Below are positions 28,522 through 37,632 of a stretch of 64,000 bases of DNA, piece after piece (within the stretch, counting starts at the first letter, position 1; every line of letters begins with the position of its first letter). The notes below the pieces were generated by a model that was not told where the DNA came from, did no database searches, and worked only from the letters and a program-made list of their open reading frames with translations. The translations under genes and the position numbers were made by a program. This DNA comes from Paludibacteraceae bacterium. GTDB lineage: Bacteria; Bacteroidota; Bacteroidia; Bacteroidales; Paludibacteraceae. The stretch lies in the NCBI GenBank assembly GCA_028694215.1, contig JAQUTW010000002.1:13915-77914 (forward strand). Reading direction: 5' to 3'.

Positions 28522-30456
28522 ATGGTGTCGATAGAACAAGTTTCCATGACATTTGGAAAAGAGCCGTTATTTGACAATTTGTCTTTTTTGATTAATGACA
28601 AAGAAAAAATAGCCCTTGTAGGCAGAAATGGTGCAGGAAAAACCACATTATTAAAATTATTATCCGGGCAAATACAACCATCGGCAGGAAAAGTTGTCAT
28701 TCCCAAAGATATGACAATCGGATATCTGCCACAACACATGGCATTAAATAGTGGACGTACGGTAATAGAAGAAGCCGAATTGGCTTTTCAAGAAATAAAA
28801 GCAATAGAAAAACAAATAGAAGCTCTCAACGGTGAAATCATGCAACGCACAGATTATGAGAGTGAAAGCTATCGTCAATTGATAGAGGATTTTACACATC
28901 AAAGCGAACGTTTAAAAATGTTCAGTGCCAACTATCAAGCCGATTTGGAAAAAACCTTATTAGGATTGGGATTTCTTCGCAGCGATTTTCAACGTCAAAC
29001 AAGCGAATTTAGTGGAGGATGGCGTATGCGAATAGAATTGGCTAAAATATTGTTGCGTCATCCCGATTTGTTGCTGTTAGATGAACCAACCAATCATTTG
29101 GATATAGAATCCATTGTTTGGTTGGAGAATTTTTTATCGAACACAAACAGTGCTTTGGTTTTGGTAAGCCACGACAAGGCATTTATCGATGCCATTACAA
29201 CACGTACCATTGAACTTTCGTTAGGTAAACTGTACGATTACAAAGTTAATTATAGCCACTATTTGGAACTGCGTAAGGAGCGCCGCGAGCAGCAAATCCG
29301 CGCCTACGAAAATCAGCAAAAAATGATTGCTGAAACTGAAGATTTTATTGAACGATTTCGTTACAAACCAACTAAAGCAGTGCAAGTGCAAAGCCGCATT
29401 AAGCAATTGGAAAAATTGGTACGCCTCGAAGTAGATATGGAAGACACGAGCCGTCTGCATCTTAAATTTCCTCCGGCACCTCATTCAGGCATTCAACCCG
29501 TTGAAATAGAGAACCTTTCGAAATGGTATGGCGACCACGTTATTCTCCAAAATGTCAATTTATCCATCAGACGTGGCGAAAAAGTAGCTTTTGTGGGAAA
29601 AAATGGCGAAGGAAAATCTACATTGGTAAAATGTATTATGGGCGAAGTTGCTTATGATGGCATTTTAAAATTGGGACATCAGGTAAAAGTAGGCTATTTT
29701 GCTCAAAATCAGGCAGATTTATTAGATGGCGAACTTACCGTATTTGACACCATCGACAGAGTAGCCGTAGGCGATGTACGGACAAAAATTCGCGATATTC
29801 TTGGCGCATTTATGTTTGGAGGAGAGGCTTCCGACAAAAAAGTCAAAGTGCTTTCGGGAGGCGAAAAAAGTCGTTTGGCAATGATTCGCTTATTGCTTGA
29901 ACCTGTTAATTTGCTAATTTTAGACGAGCCGACCAACCATTTGGACATTCAATCAAAAAATGTATTAAAAGAGGCTATAAAAGCCTTTAATGGCACCGTA
30001 ATTATAGTATCGCACGATCGTGATTTTTTAGACGGTTTAGTAGAAAAAATATACGAATTTAAAAATAAGAACTTACGTGAATTTATTGGCGATATTCACC
30101 AATTTTTGGAGATGCGAAGAGTAGAAGATGGAATAGTTTTGACCAAAAACACAACTACGGCAACGGTAGAAGAGGCAACAGAAAGTGTTTCGGAAAATAA
30201 ACTCAACTACGAAATGCGAAAGGAGTGGAGTAAAAAAATACGAAAACAGGAAAAACAAATAAGTGATACCGAATTGGCAATCGGCAAATTGGAACAGAAT
30301 ATTGCCGAAATAGAAGTAAAATTATCTGCCGGAGAAAATTCACCGGAAATATGCGACCTATATAAAAAACAGTCGCATGCGTTGGAACAAAAAATGTACG
30401 AGTGGCAACTGCTATCCGAAAATTTGGACGAATTAAAAGCAGAAAATCCAACCTGA
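28522..30456 (+). CDS. ABC-F family ATPase (two ABC cassettes, no TM domain, C-terminal coiled coil)
   Basis: Two Walker A sites (GRNGAGKTT, GKNGEGKST) and two LSGG signatures joined by a linker. Confidence 0.92.
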   Translation: MVSIEQVSMTFGKEPLFDNLSFLINDKEKIALVGRNGAGKTTLLKLLSGQIQPSAGKVVIPKDMTIGYLPQHMALNSGRTVIEEAELAFQEIKAIEKQIEALNGEIMQRTDYESESYRQLIEDFTHQSERLKMFSANYQADLEKTLLGLGFLRSDFQRQTSEFSGGWRMRIELAKILLRHPDLLLLDEPTNHLDIESIVWLENFLSNTNSALVLVSHDKAFIDAITTRTIELSLGKLYDYKVNYSHYLELRKERREQQIRAYENQQKMIAETEDFIERFRYKPTKAVQVQSRIKQLEKLVRLEVDMEDTSRLHLKFPPAPHSGIQPVEIENLSKWYGDHVILQNVNLSIRRGEKVAFVGKNGEGKSTLVKCIMGEVAYDGILKLGHQVKVGYFAQNQADLLDGELTVFDTIDRVAVGDVRTKIRDILGAFMFGGEASDKKVKVLSGGEKSRLAMIRLLLEPVNLLILDEPTNHLDIQSKNVLKEAIKAFNGTVIIVSHDRDFLDGLVEKIYEFKNKNLREFIGDIHQFLEMRRVEDGIVLTKNTTTATVEEATESVSENKLNYEMRKEWSKKIRKQEKQISDTELAIGKLEQNIAEIEVKLSAGENSPEICDLYKKQSHALEQKMYEWQLLSENLDELKAENPT

Positions 30457-30507
30457 AAACAGATAGTTGTTAACAAAAAACAGTAACGAATACATTAGAT
30501 TTGTAGC

Positions 30508-31863
30508 ATGAAGGAACTCCCCGCTGATTTTATAAAACAAGCAAAACTGCTCTTTGAAAATACTTACAATGAGTTTGCGAATAGTATCTGCAATGATAAA
30601 ATCACGAGCATTCGTATTAATGATAAAACAAATCAAGCTATTGATTTAGAAAAAGTTAAATGGTGTAATAACGGATATTATTTATCCAATCGTCCTAATT
30701 TCACATTAGACCCGTTTTTACACGCCGGAGCCTATTATGTTCAGGAGGCTTCCTCTATGTTTTTGGAACAATTCCTCACGCAATATGTTGCAACCGATGC
30801 CATAGTTTTGGATATGTGTGCTGCCCCCGGAGGCAAATCATCAATGTTGAGCCAACATTTAAAAAACGGACTTTTAGTCAGCAATGAGTTTGTGAAAAGT
30901 CGCGCTTCCATATTGATAGAAAATTTGACAAAATGGGGTAACGATAATTGTGTGGTAACCAACAATGCTCCTATAGCGTTCGAAAAATACCGCGCTTTTT
31001 TTGATGCTGTTTTGGTAGATGCGCCATGTTCCGGCGAAGGTATGTTTCGCAAAGACGATACCGCCATAACTGAATGGTCACTGCAAAATGTACAGCAATG
31101 CGCTGCCCGTCAACAAGATATTCTAAAATCGGCATGGAAAACTTTGAAAACAGATGGAATCTTAATTTACAGCACATGTACATACAATCGACAAGAAAAC
31201 GAAGAAAATGTAGAATGGCTTTTGAATACATACGATGCTGAATTACTGACCGTTGAGACAAGAAGCGAGTGGGGGATTACGCCAACGGAAGGCGGTTATC
31301 ATTTTTATCCTCATAAAGCCAAAGGCGAAGGACTTTTTATGACGGCTATTCGCAAATTGGACGATGATTCGCCTTCAAAAATAAAAATGGCACCCACTCA
31401 AAATGGTGTCGGAAAACCTTCTTTGGAATGTTTGCAAAATGCCCAATATTATGTAACTGTTTTGTATCGTAATCTATGGTATGCCATCCCCAAAAACAAG
31501 GAAATTTTTATTAAACAATTACTTCAGAATTTGAATGTAATTTATTTTGGAATACTTATTTATGAACGAAAAGGAAAGGATTTCATTCCACAAGCAGCAT
31601 TAGCTTTATCCAAACAGTTGAACAGAGAATGTTATCCGTCTGTTACACTTTCGTTAGAAGACTCCTTACGTTTTTTGCGTTCCGAAACCATTTGCATTGA
31701 TGCTCCCAAAGGCTTTTGTGCAGTAACTTATCAGGGAATACCATTGGGCTGGGTTAAAAATCTGGGGAATCGTTGCAATAATCTTTACCCAAACAGTTGG
31801 CGTATTCGTATGGCAATCAATGCTCAAGAGATTCCACAGCCGTTTTTAGTAAAAAAGAAGTGA
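30508..31863 (+). CDS. rsmF: rRNA cytosine-C5 methyltransferase (NOL1/NOP2/Sun family, RsmF-like)
   Basis: DMCAAPGGKS, DAPCSGEGMFRKD and YSTCT motifs. Confidence 0.88.
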   Translation: MKELPADFIKQAKLLFENTYNEFANSICNDKITSIRINDKTNQAIDLEKVKWCNNGYYLSNRPNFTLDPFLHAGAYYVQEASSMFLEQFLTQYVATDAIVLDMCAAPGGKSSMLSQHLKNGLLVSNEFVKSRASILIENLTKWGNDNCVVTNNAPIAFEKYRAFFDAVLVDAPCSGEGMFRKDDTAITEWSLQNVQQCAARQQDILKSAWKTLKTDGILIYSTCTYNRQENEENVEWLLNTYDAELLTVETRSEWGITPTEGGYHFYPHKAKGEGLFMTAIRKLDDDSPSKIKMAPTQNGVGKPSLECLQNAQYYVTVLYRNLWYAIPKNKEIFIKQLLQNLNVIYFGILIYERKGKDFIPQAALALSKQLNRECYPSVTLSLEDSLRFLRSETICIDAPKGFCAVTYQGIPLGWVKNLGNRCNNLYPNSWRIRMAINAQEIPQPFLVKKK

Positions 31864-31891
31864 GCTTCTTGGATTAAGCAAAAAATAGTAC

Positions 31892-31899
31892 TATCTTTG
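31892..31899 (+). promoter_or_regulatory. -7 element TATCTTTG; candidate promoter of the Type II R-M operon or of an ncRNA
   Basis: Exact motif, 308 nt upstream of the methyltransferase ATG. Confidence 0.5.
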
Positions 31900-31975
31900 T
31901 TCATAAAGAAAAAAAGAATTTTTATGTAATAATTATTGTAATAACAGATTATAAACTAAAGCATTAGCTATTATT

Positions 31976-32139
31976 TCGCGTTTACCGAAAACCGACCAAG
32001 TTTTTAAGGAGATAAACAGCAAATAATTGTAAGGCATTTCACAATGAGATGGCTTTTCAACCTAATAATTATGCTTGCACTTCGGTGTGAGTTTCTTAAG
32101 GTTGAAAAGGTCTCCTTGGTCGGTTGCCTTGGTACGCGA
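31976..32139 (+). ncRNA. Candidate structured RNA / structured leader (three-way junction, UUCG-capped hairpin); family unknown
   Basis: Hand-fold: closing helix of 5+4+11 bp, an 11-bp inner helix, and an 8-bp stem with a UUCG loop. Details are in findings. Confidence 0.4.
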
Positions 32140-32171
32140 TAAGGAACTCGCACTTTTTTCTTGTCGCATTG

Positions 32172-32204
32172 TGATTGATAGTAATGCAACTAAACTATCA
32201 ATCA
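32172..32204 (+). promoter_or_regulatory. Perfect 11-bp inverted repeat ending 2 nt before the methyltransferase ATG
   Basis: TGATTGATAGT (32172-32182) / ACTATCAATCA (32194-32204). Confidence 0.5.
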
Positions 32205-32206
32205 TT

Positions 32207-33652
32207 ATGGCAAAACCCAAAAGTATAGGTCAGATATATACGCCCAATTACCTTGTCAAGGTCATTCTTGATTTTGCAGGTTACTCTGACCACAAGATTC
32301 TCCAAAAACACGTTATTGACAATAGTTGTGGTGATGGCGCTTTTATCACTGAAATAGTGGAGCGTTATTGCCACAGTTTTCTATTATCTTCAAACAACCT
32401 TTCCACTTTATCAAAGGAATTATCAACTTATATTCACGGCATTGAATTAGACACCGAAGAATATTTGATTTGTATTGAAAATCTAAACTGCATTACACAA
32501 AAATACGGATTAAGCCATATTAAATGGGACATTCACAATGCAGATGCACTCACAATAGAATATTATGATAAAAAAATGGATTTTGTGGTAGGAAATCCTC
32601 CATATGTTCGAGTTCATAATCTTAATAACTATGATGCTGTTAAAAAATTTCATTTTGCAGCTAAAGGAATGACAGACTTGTTTATCGTCTTTTTTGAAGT
32701 TGGTTTTCGTATGCTTTCACCAAATGGAACGATGTGTATAATTACTCCGAGTTCTTGGTTATCAAGTAAAGCTGGCGAATCACTTAGAAAGCACATTGCT
32801 TATACACAAATTTTAAATGGAGTTATTGATTTGGAGCATTTTCAACCATTTAAAGCTACAACTTACACTTTAATTTCACGATTTCAAAATGGCGTCAAAA
32901 GTGATTACATAAATTATTATAGATATAATGATATCGAGTTTCTCTCTCATATAGAGAAACTTTTTTATCAGGAAATCAATATAAAAAACAACTTCTATTT
33001 AGCTACACATAAAACACTTCAAGTACTCCAAACAATACAAAATACACATGTAACCAAACGCGTTTCTGTAAAAAATGGATTTGCAACACTATCCGACAAA
33101 ATATTCATTGGAAGTCACATTTTTGAAGAATGTTCAATTGATATTATAAAAGCTTCTACAGGACGCAGGACAAAGTGTATTTTTCCGTATGACGGTCAAG
33201 CTAAACCTCTTTCAACAGAAACTATTCAGAAAAAATATCCCCAAACGTATTCATACCTACTCTCACGAAAAGATTTATTACAGAAACGAGATTCTGATAA
33301 AAGCAATTGGCATCTATTCGGACGGACACAAGCTTTAAATGATGTTTACAAAAACAAGATTGCAATAAATACTATTATAAAAGATCTTAGTAGTATAAAG
33401 TTGAATTATGTGCCTTCTGGTAAAGGGGTTTACAGTGGATTATACATTCTCACAAACATTGATTTTAACATAATCAAGAATATTATTTTCACTAATGAGT
33501 TCATTGACTTTGTCAAGACACTCAAAAATTACAAAAGTGTTGGTTATTACACTTTTTCGTCTAAAAATTTAGAACTTTTTCTTAATTACAAACTCAAAGA
33601 CTATAACGATGAACAACCAACAATTTCTGAAAATTATCTCCCTTTCATTTAA
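32207..33652 (+). CDS. Type II N6-adenine DNA methyltransferase (gamma class, Eco57I/TaqI-like)
   Basis: GQIYTPNYLV (motif X), VIDNSCGDGAF (motif I), VVGNPPYVRV (motif IV), and a C-terminal TRD. The track start at 32075 is a TTG inside the structured element, so I use the ATG at 32207. Confidence 0.88.
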   Translation: MAKPKSIGQIYTPNYLVKVILDFAGYSDHKILQKHVIDNSCGDGAFITEIVERYCHSFLLSSNNLSTLSKELSTYIHGIELDTEEYLICIENLNCITQKYGLSHIKWDIHNADALTIEYYDKKMDFVVGNPPYVRVHNLNNYDAVKKFHFAAKGMTDLFIVFFEVGFRMLSPNGTMCIITPSSWLSSKAGESLRKHIAYTQILNGVIDLEHFQPFKATTYTLISRFQNGVKSDYINYYRYNDIEFLSHIEKLFYQEINIKNNFYLATHKTLQVLQTIQNTHVTKRVSVKNGFATLSDKIFIGSHIFEECSIDIIKASTGRRTKCIFPYDGQAKPLSTETIQKKYPQTYSYLLSRKDLLQKRDSDKSNWHLFGRTQALNDVYKNKIAINTIIKDLSSIKLNYVPSGKGVYSGLYILTNIDFNIIKNIIFTNEFIDFVKTLKNYKSVGYYTFSSKNLELFLNYKLKDYNDEQPTISENYLPFI

Positions 33653-34316
33653 AAAATTCCTCGAAACAGGATCAAGAAGCAATGAAAAATTAAAAATTTT
33701 ACATGGCGCCATAGCTAATGATTTAAGTCAAAGACTTGACAACACTTTTCAAATTTGTTCCCTTGGCTTCAAAGAAGGTAGAGAAGCAAAAATAGATGGT
33801 CGTTATATAGACAAAGTTGTAGATATAACAATTAAAAAAAATGGGAGTACTATTGCTGGAATAGGAGTAAAATTTGTCATGCAAAATTATTCTCAGAATT
33901 CAAATAATTATTTTGAAAATATGTTAGGAGAAACAGCAAATATCCGTTGCGCACAAATACCTTATTTTCAAATATTCATAATCCCAGAGAAGTTGCCTTA
34001 TTATGACAATAATGGAAAAATAACGAAATGGGAATCATTTACTACACATAATGCGTTGAAATATATCATATTATCAAAAGATGATATCAACCAATTGCTT
34101 CACACACCAACAAAAACATTGTTGTTTGTTATTAAATTGCCAGACATAGAACAAACAATAGCGACAAGAAGTGAATATATTTCATCTTATTCAAAAATTG
34201 AAGAAATAGTTGTTTCTGAATCATTAAATTCATATGGACAATTTGATAACTCTGTTATATATAATAACTATGAAATGTTTGCACAAAAATTGGTTTACTA
34301 CATATTATCGTTATAA
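33609..34316 (+). CDS. Probable Type II restriction endonuclease partner (family not recognised)
   Basis: 235 aa, overlapping the 3' end of the MTase gene by 44 nt on the same strand. It has a possible PD-(D/E)XK-like segment IDGRYIDKVVDITIKK...GIGVKF. The call rests mainly on context. Confidence 0.6.
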   Translation: MNNQQFLKIISLSFKKFLETGSRSNEKLKILHGAIANDLSQRLDNTFQICSLGFKEGREAKIDGRYIDKVVDITIKKNGSTIAGIGVKFVMQNYSQNSNNYFENMLGETANIRCAQIPYFQIFIIPEKLPYYDNNGKITKWESFTTHNALKYIILSKDDINQLLHTPTKTLLFVIKLPDIEQTIATRSEYISSYSKIEEIVVSESLNSYGQFDNSVIYNNYEMFAQKLVYYILSL

Positions 34317-34372
34317 TCTAACAAATTTATAACTATGTGTAAGCAATAACCGCCGCAAATCGGGAAAATGAA

Positions 34373-35329
34373 TTAATTAACTCGATTGATTCGGCTATCG
34401 TGGTTGTAGAAATAGAGGATATTTTGTGCAACGGTTTGTGCCATTTCGAGACGCGTTTCTATAGTTGCAGTTCCTGTGTGTGGTGCTAAAACGACGTTAT
34501 CTAATTGCCGTAATTGTGGCGAAATTTTAGGTTCAAACTCAAAAACATCTAAACCGGCACCAAAAAGTTTTCCGTTTGTCAAATTGTTAACAAGCGCCTG
34601 TTCGTTGATAATGGCACCACGGGCTGTGTTGATAACTATGCAACCCTTTTTCATCAACGAAAATTCACGTTCGTCAATTAAATGATGAGTAGCAGCAGTG
34701 TAGGGTGTATGTAACGAAATAACGTCAGCAGTTTGCAATAGCTTCTCAAATGGCAGATATTCAGCTTGATAACGTTTTTCTGTTTCAGAATTCAACGGTG
34801 TTCGTTTGGTATAAACGATTTTCATACCGCAAGCAATAGCACGACGTGCCAAAGCCTGTCCGATATTTCCCATGCCAATAATGCCCAATGTCTTACCGTA
34901 TAATGTTTTACCAAGATTGGTCATTACACCAAATTCTATGGTGTCTGTTTCGCGTAATTTTCTGTCTAATTCTGCTGTTCGACGTGCAACGGCAAGCATC
35001 AAATTCATAGCGTGTTCCGCCGTTGGTTCGATGACCGGATCAGGAGTATTTGTTACAAGAATATGATGGTCGGTTGCTGCCTGAATATCAACATTGTTAA
35101 AACCAACTCCAAAATTGGCAATTAGTTGCAAATTTGGAGATGACTCTATTAATTCTCTGTCTATCTTATAATTAAAAGCAGAAATCAGTACATCGGCAGA
35201 CGGCAACAATTGCAGCAGTTCTTTTCTTTGAAAAGTAGCATTGCCAGGGAAAATAACCTTAAAATCGGCATTTAATATTTTAAAACCGTCTTTTGGTAAT
35301 TGTGTGGTAACAATAATTATTTTCATCAA
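34373..35329 (-). CDS. D-2-hydroxyacid dehydrogenase (glyoxylate/hydroxypyruvate reductase-like)
   Basis: GIIGMGNIGQALARRA NAD fold, then NTARG...DV...PH catalytic region. Confidence 0.88.
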   Translation of the reverse strand: MMKIIIVTTQLPKDGFKILNADFKVIFPGNATFQRKELLQLLPSADVLISAFNYKIDRELIESSPNLQLIANFGVGFNNVDIQAATDHHILVTNTPDPVIEPTAEHAMNLMLAVARRTAELDRKLRETDTIEFGVMTNLGKTLYGKTLGIIGMGNIGQALARRAIACGMKIVYTKRTPLNSETEKRYQAEYLPFEKLLQTADVISLHTPYTAATHHLIDEREFSLMKKGCIVINTARGAIINEQALVNNLTNGKLFGAGLDVFEFEPKISPQLRQLDNVVLAPHTGTATIETRLEMAQTVAQNILYFYNHDSRINRVN

Positions 35330-36345
35330 TGTAAGATTTTGAATATCAATTCTCTCAATAAATCATTTTCTCCAACAGAAGCATTTTTGAATCCTTTACT
35401 TTTGGCATCTGTTTCACGTATAAAATCAATGATAAATACCACTTTTGCATAAGAATAGTGCCGTGATGCCTCCAAATAATCTTTCACAAAAAACGGGTTT
35501 ATTCCCAAAGCAGAGGCAATTCCCATTTGGCTTTTATCTGTCAAACGGTGTAATTGAAGTAAATTAGTGAAAAAATTAAACAAAACACTGATGGTCAATA
35601 TTAACGGATTGTTTTTTTTGTTTTTCCCAAAATAATCAACAATACGGTTCGATTTTAAAACTTGATGATATGCAAGAGCATTGACCAATTCAAAATTATT
35701 GTAATCCTTACTGATACCAATATTTTTTTCTACTAAATCGGCAGTAATGCAATTGTTCTGTATCTTGCCTGAAGCAATTAATTTATAAACCTCATTTACA
35801 ATGCGTTCCAAGTCATTTCCTAAAAATTCGGCTAACATGTTGGCAGCTTTTAATTCTATCTGCAACTGTTTGGTTTTTAGTAAATTGCTAATAAAGGAAG
35901 GAATCTGGTTTTCATACAATTTTTTCGATTCGAAAACAATTCCGCTTTTGGCAAGCTCCAAACACACTTTTTTGCGTTTGTCTAGTGCTTTATATTTATG
36001 ACAGAATACCAAAATTGTTGTTGGCTGCGGCTTTTGCAAATAAAAAACCAAATCATCATAATTGCTGATGTGTTGTGCCTCTTTAATTATAATAACCTGA
36101 TGTGGAGCCATCATCGGATAGCGTTTGGCAGCAGCAATAACACTTGCCATATTTTCTACATCTTTACCATATATTACCATTTGGTTAAACTCTCTTTCTG
36201 CTTCCGATAATACATTGTTTTCAATATAATCTGAAATTTTGTCGATATAGTAAGGCTCTTCGCCCATAAGCATATATACGGGTGCATACTCTTTTTTCTG
36301 CAAAGAAGTCATTATTGACTCAAAAGTGATTGCCTGTTTAGCCAT
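35326..36345 (-). CDS. holA: DNA polymerase III subunit delta
   Basis: YMLMGEEPYYID start and the typical 339-aa HolA layout. There is a 4-nt overlap with the downstream gene. Confidence 0.85.
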   Translation of the reverse strand: MAKQAITFESIMTSLQKKEYAPVYMLMGEEPYYIDKISDYIENNVLSEAEREFNQMVIYGKDVENMASVIAAAKRYPMMAPHQVIIIKEAQHISNYDDLVFYLQKPQPTTILVFCHKYKALDKRKKVCLELAKSGIVFESKKLYENQIPSFISNLLKTKQLQIELKAANMLAEFLGNDLERIVNEVYKLIASGKIQNNCITADLVEKNIGISKDYNNFELVNALAYHQVLKSNRIVDYFGKNKKNNPLILTISVLFNFFTNLLQLHRLTDKSQMGIASALGINPFFVKDYLEASRHYSYAKVVFIIDFIRETDAKSKGFKNASVGENDLLRELIFKILH

Positions 36346-37118
36346 TATTCAAAACGTAAGTGCTTGATTGTTTTACTGTTATTTTTTATAGATTCTAAAG
36401 ATTTAATACCAATTTTAAGATGTTCCTCCATAAAATTGGAAGTAACGTTTTTGTCGCTTGCTTCAGTTTTGATACCTTCAGGATGCATTGGCATATCGGA
36501 AATTAACAATAACGCGCCGGTAGGAATGGAATTAAAAAATCCGGCACTAAAAAGAGTTGCGGTTTCCATATCTATAGCCGAAGCCCGCATAGAACGCAAC
36601 ATTTCTTTAAATTTTTCATCGTGTTCCCACACACGTCGGTTTGTAGTATAAACAGTTCCCGTCCAATAGTCTTTACCAAAATCGCGCACATTCGACGAAA
36701 CAGATCGTTGTAAGTTAAAAGCGGGTAGAGCAGGTACTTCTACAGGAAAATAATCGGCAGACGTTCCTTCGCCACGTATGGCAGCAATAGGCAAAATATA
36801 ATCTCCAACATGATTTTTATCTTTCAAACCGCCACATTTGCCTAAAAACAACACGGCTTTAGGCTCTATTGCCGACAATAAATCCATAATCAAAGCAGCA
36901 TTGGGGCTGCCCATTCCAAAATTAATAATAGTAATATTGTCAGCAGAAGCATTTATCATATTTTTATCGCGACCACAAACAGGAACATCAAATATCTTAG
37001 CAAACAGTTCCACGTATTTATTGAAATTAGTCAATAAAATATATTCTCCGAAATCTTTCAATTCTCGTCCGGTATATCGAACGAGCCAATTATCAACTAT
37101 CTCTTTTTTTGTTTTCAT
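36345..37118 (-). CDS. amn: AMP nucleosidase (short catalytic-domain form) / nucleoside phosphorylase family
   Basis: WLVRYTGRELKDFGEYILLTNF...FLGKCGGL...AIDMETATL. Confidence 0.8.
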   Translation of the reverse strand: MKTKKEIVDNWLVRYTGRELKDFGEYILLTNFNKYVELFAKIFDVPVCGRDKNMINASADNITIINFGMGSPNAALIMDLLSAIEPKAVLFLGKCGGLKDKNHVGDYILPIAAIRGEGTSADYFPVEVPALPAFNLQRSVSSNVRDFGKDYWTGTVYTTNRRVWEHDEKFKEMLRSMRASAIDMETATLFSAGFFNSIPTGALLLISDMPMHPEGIKTEASDKNVTSNFMEEHLKIGIKSLESIKNNSKTIKHLRFE

Positions 37119-37144
37119 TCTAATAGAATTTTAGAAAATTGTTG

Positions 37145-37152
37145 TAACTTTG
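37145..37152 (+). promoter_or_regulatory. -7 element TAACTTTG
   Basis: TAnnTTTG match 28 nt before the ATG at 37180. It overlaps the TTG start used by the ORF track. Confidence 0.55.
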
Positions 37153-37179
37153 TCTTATCAATTCATTTATTACTCTTCT

Positions 37180-37629
37180 ATGGAACGCCTAAACCTGCCT
37201 GCTTATACTTTTAAAATAGAACGAATGGGTAATAAATATACTATTTTTGATTGTATTCGCAGAAAACATGTAGCATTAACGCCGGAAGAGTGGGTCAGAC
37301 AAAACGTTGTTCAATATTTGATTTCAGAAAAACATTTTCCTCAAACACGCATCAACAACGAAATATCTATTGAATTTAACGGATTACAAAAACGATGCGA
37401 TACGGTCGTGTATGATAACGAATTTAATCCGTTGATGATTATCGAATATAAAGCTCCACATATTTCCTTATCACAAAAAACTTTGGATCAGGCTGCCGTA
37501 TATAATTTAAAACTTAATGTCAAATATCTGTTATTGAGTAACGGAATGCAACATATTTTCTGCAAAATTGATTCCGCAAATAAGCGGTTTGAATTTATTC
37601 AGGAAATTAGTGATTATTCAATGTTATAA
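37180..37629 (+). CDS. Stand-alone HsdR N-terminal-like (PD-(D/E)XK) domain protein
   Basis: RCDTVVYD...PLMIIEYKAP gives a D...ExK motif. It has the size and layout of the Bacteroidota 'type I restriction enzyme HsdR N-terminal domain' proteins. Confidence 0.7.
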   Translation: MERLNLPAYTFKIERMGNKYTIFDCIRRKHVALTPEEWVRQNVVQYLISEKHFPQTRINNEISIEFNGLQKRCDTVVYDNEFNPLMIIEYKAPHISLSQKTLDQAAVYNLKLNVKYLLLSNGMQHIFCKIDSANKRFEFIQEISDYSML

Positions 37630-37632
37630 ATT

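Noticed and set aside
32075-32206. N-terminal extension of the methyltransferase from a TTG at 32075
   Set aside because: The extension lies inside the hand-folded structure and has no similarity to MTase N-termini. Motif X begins right after the ATG at 32207.
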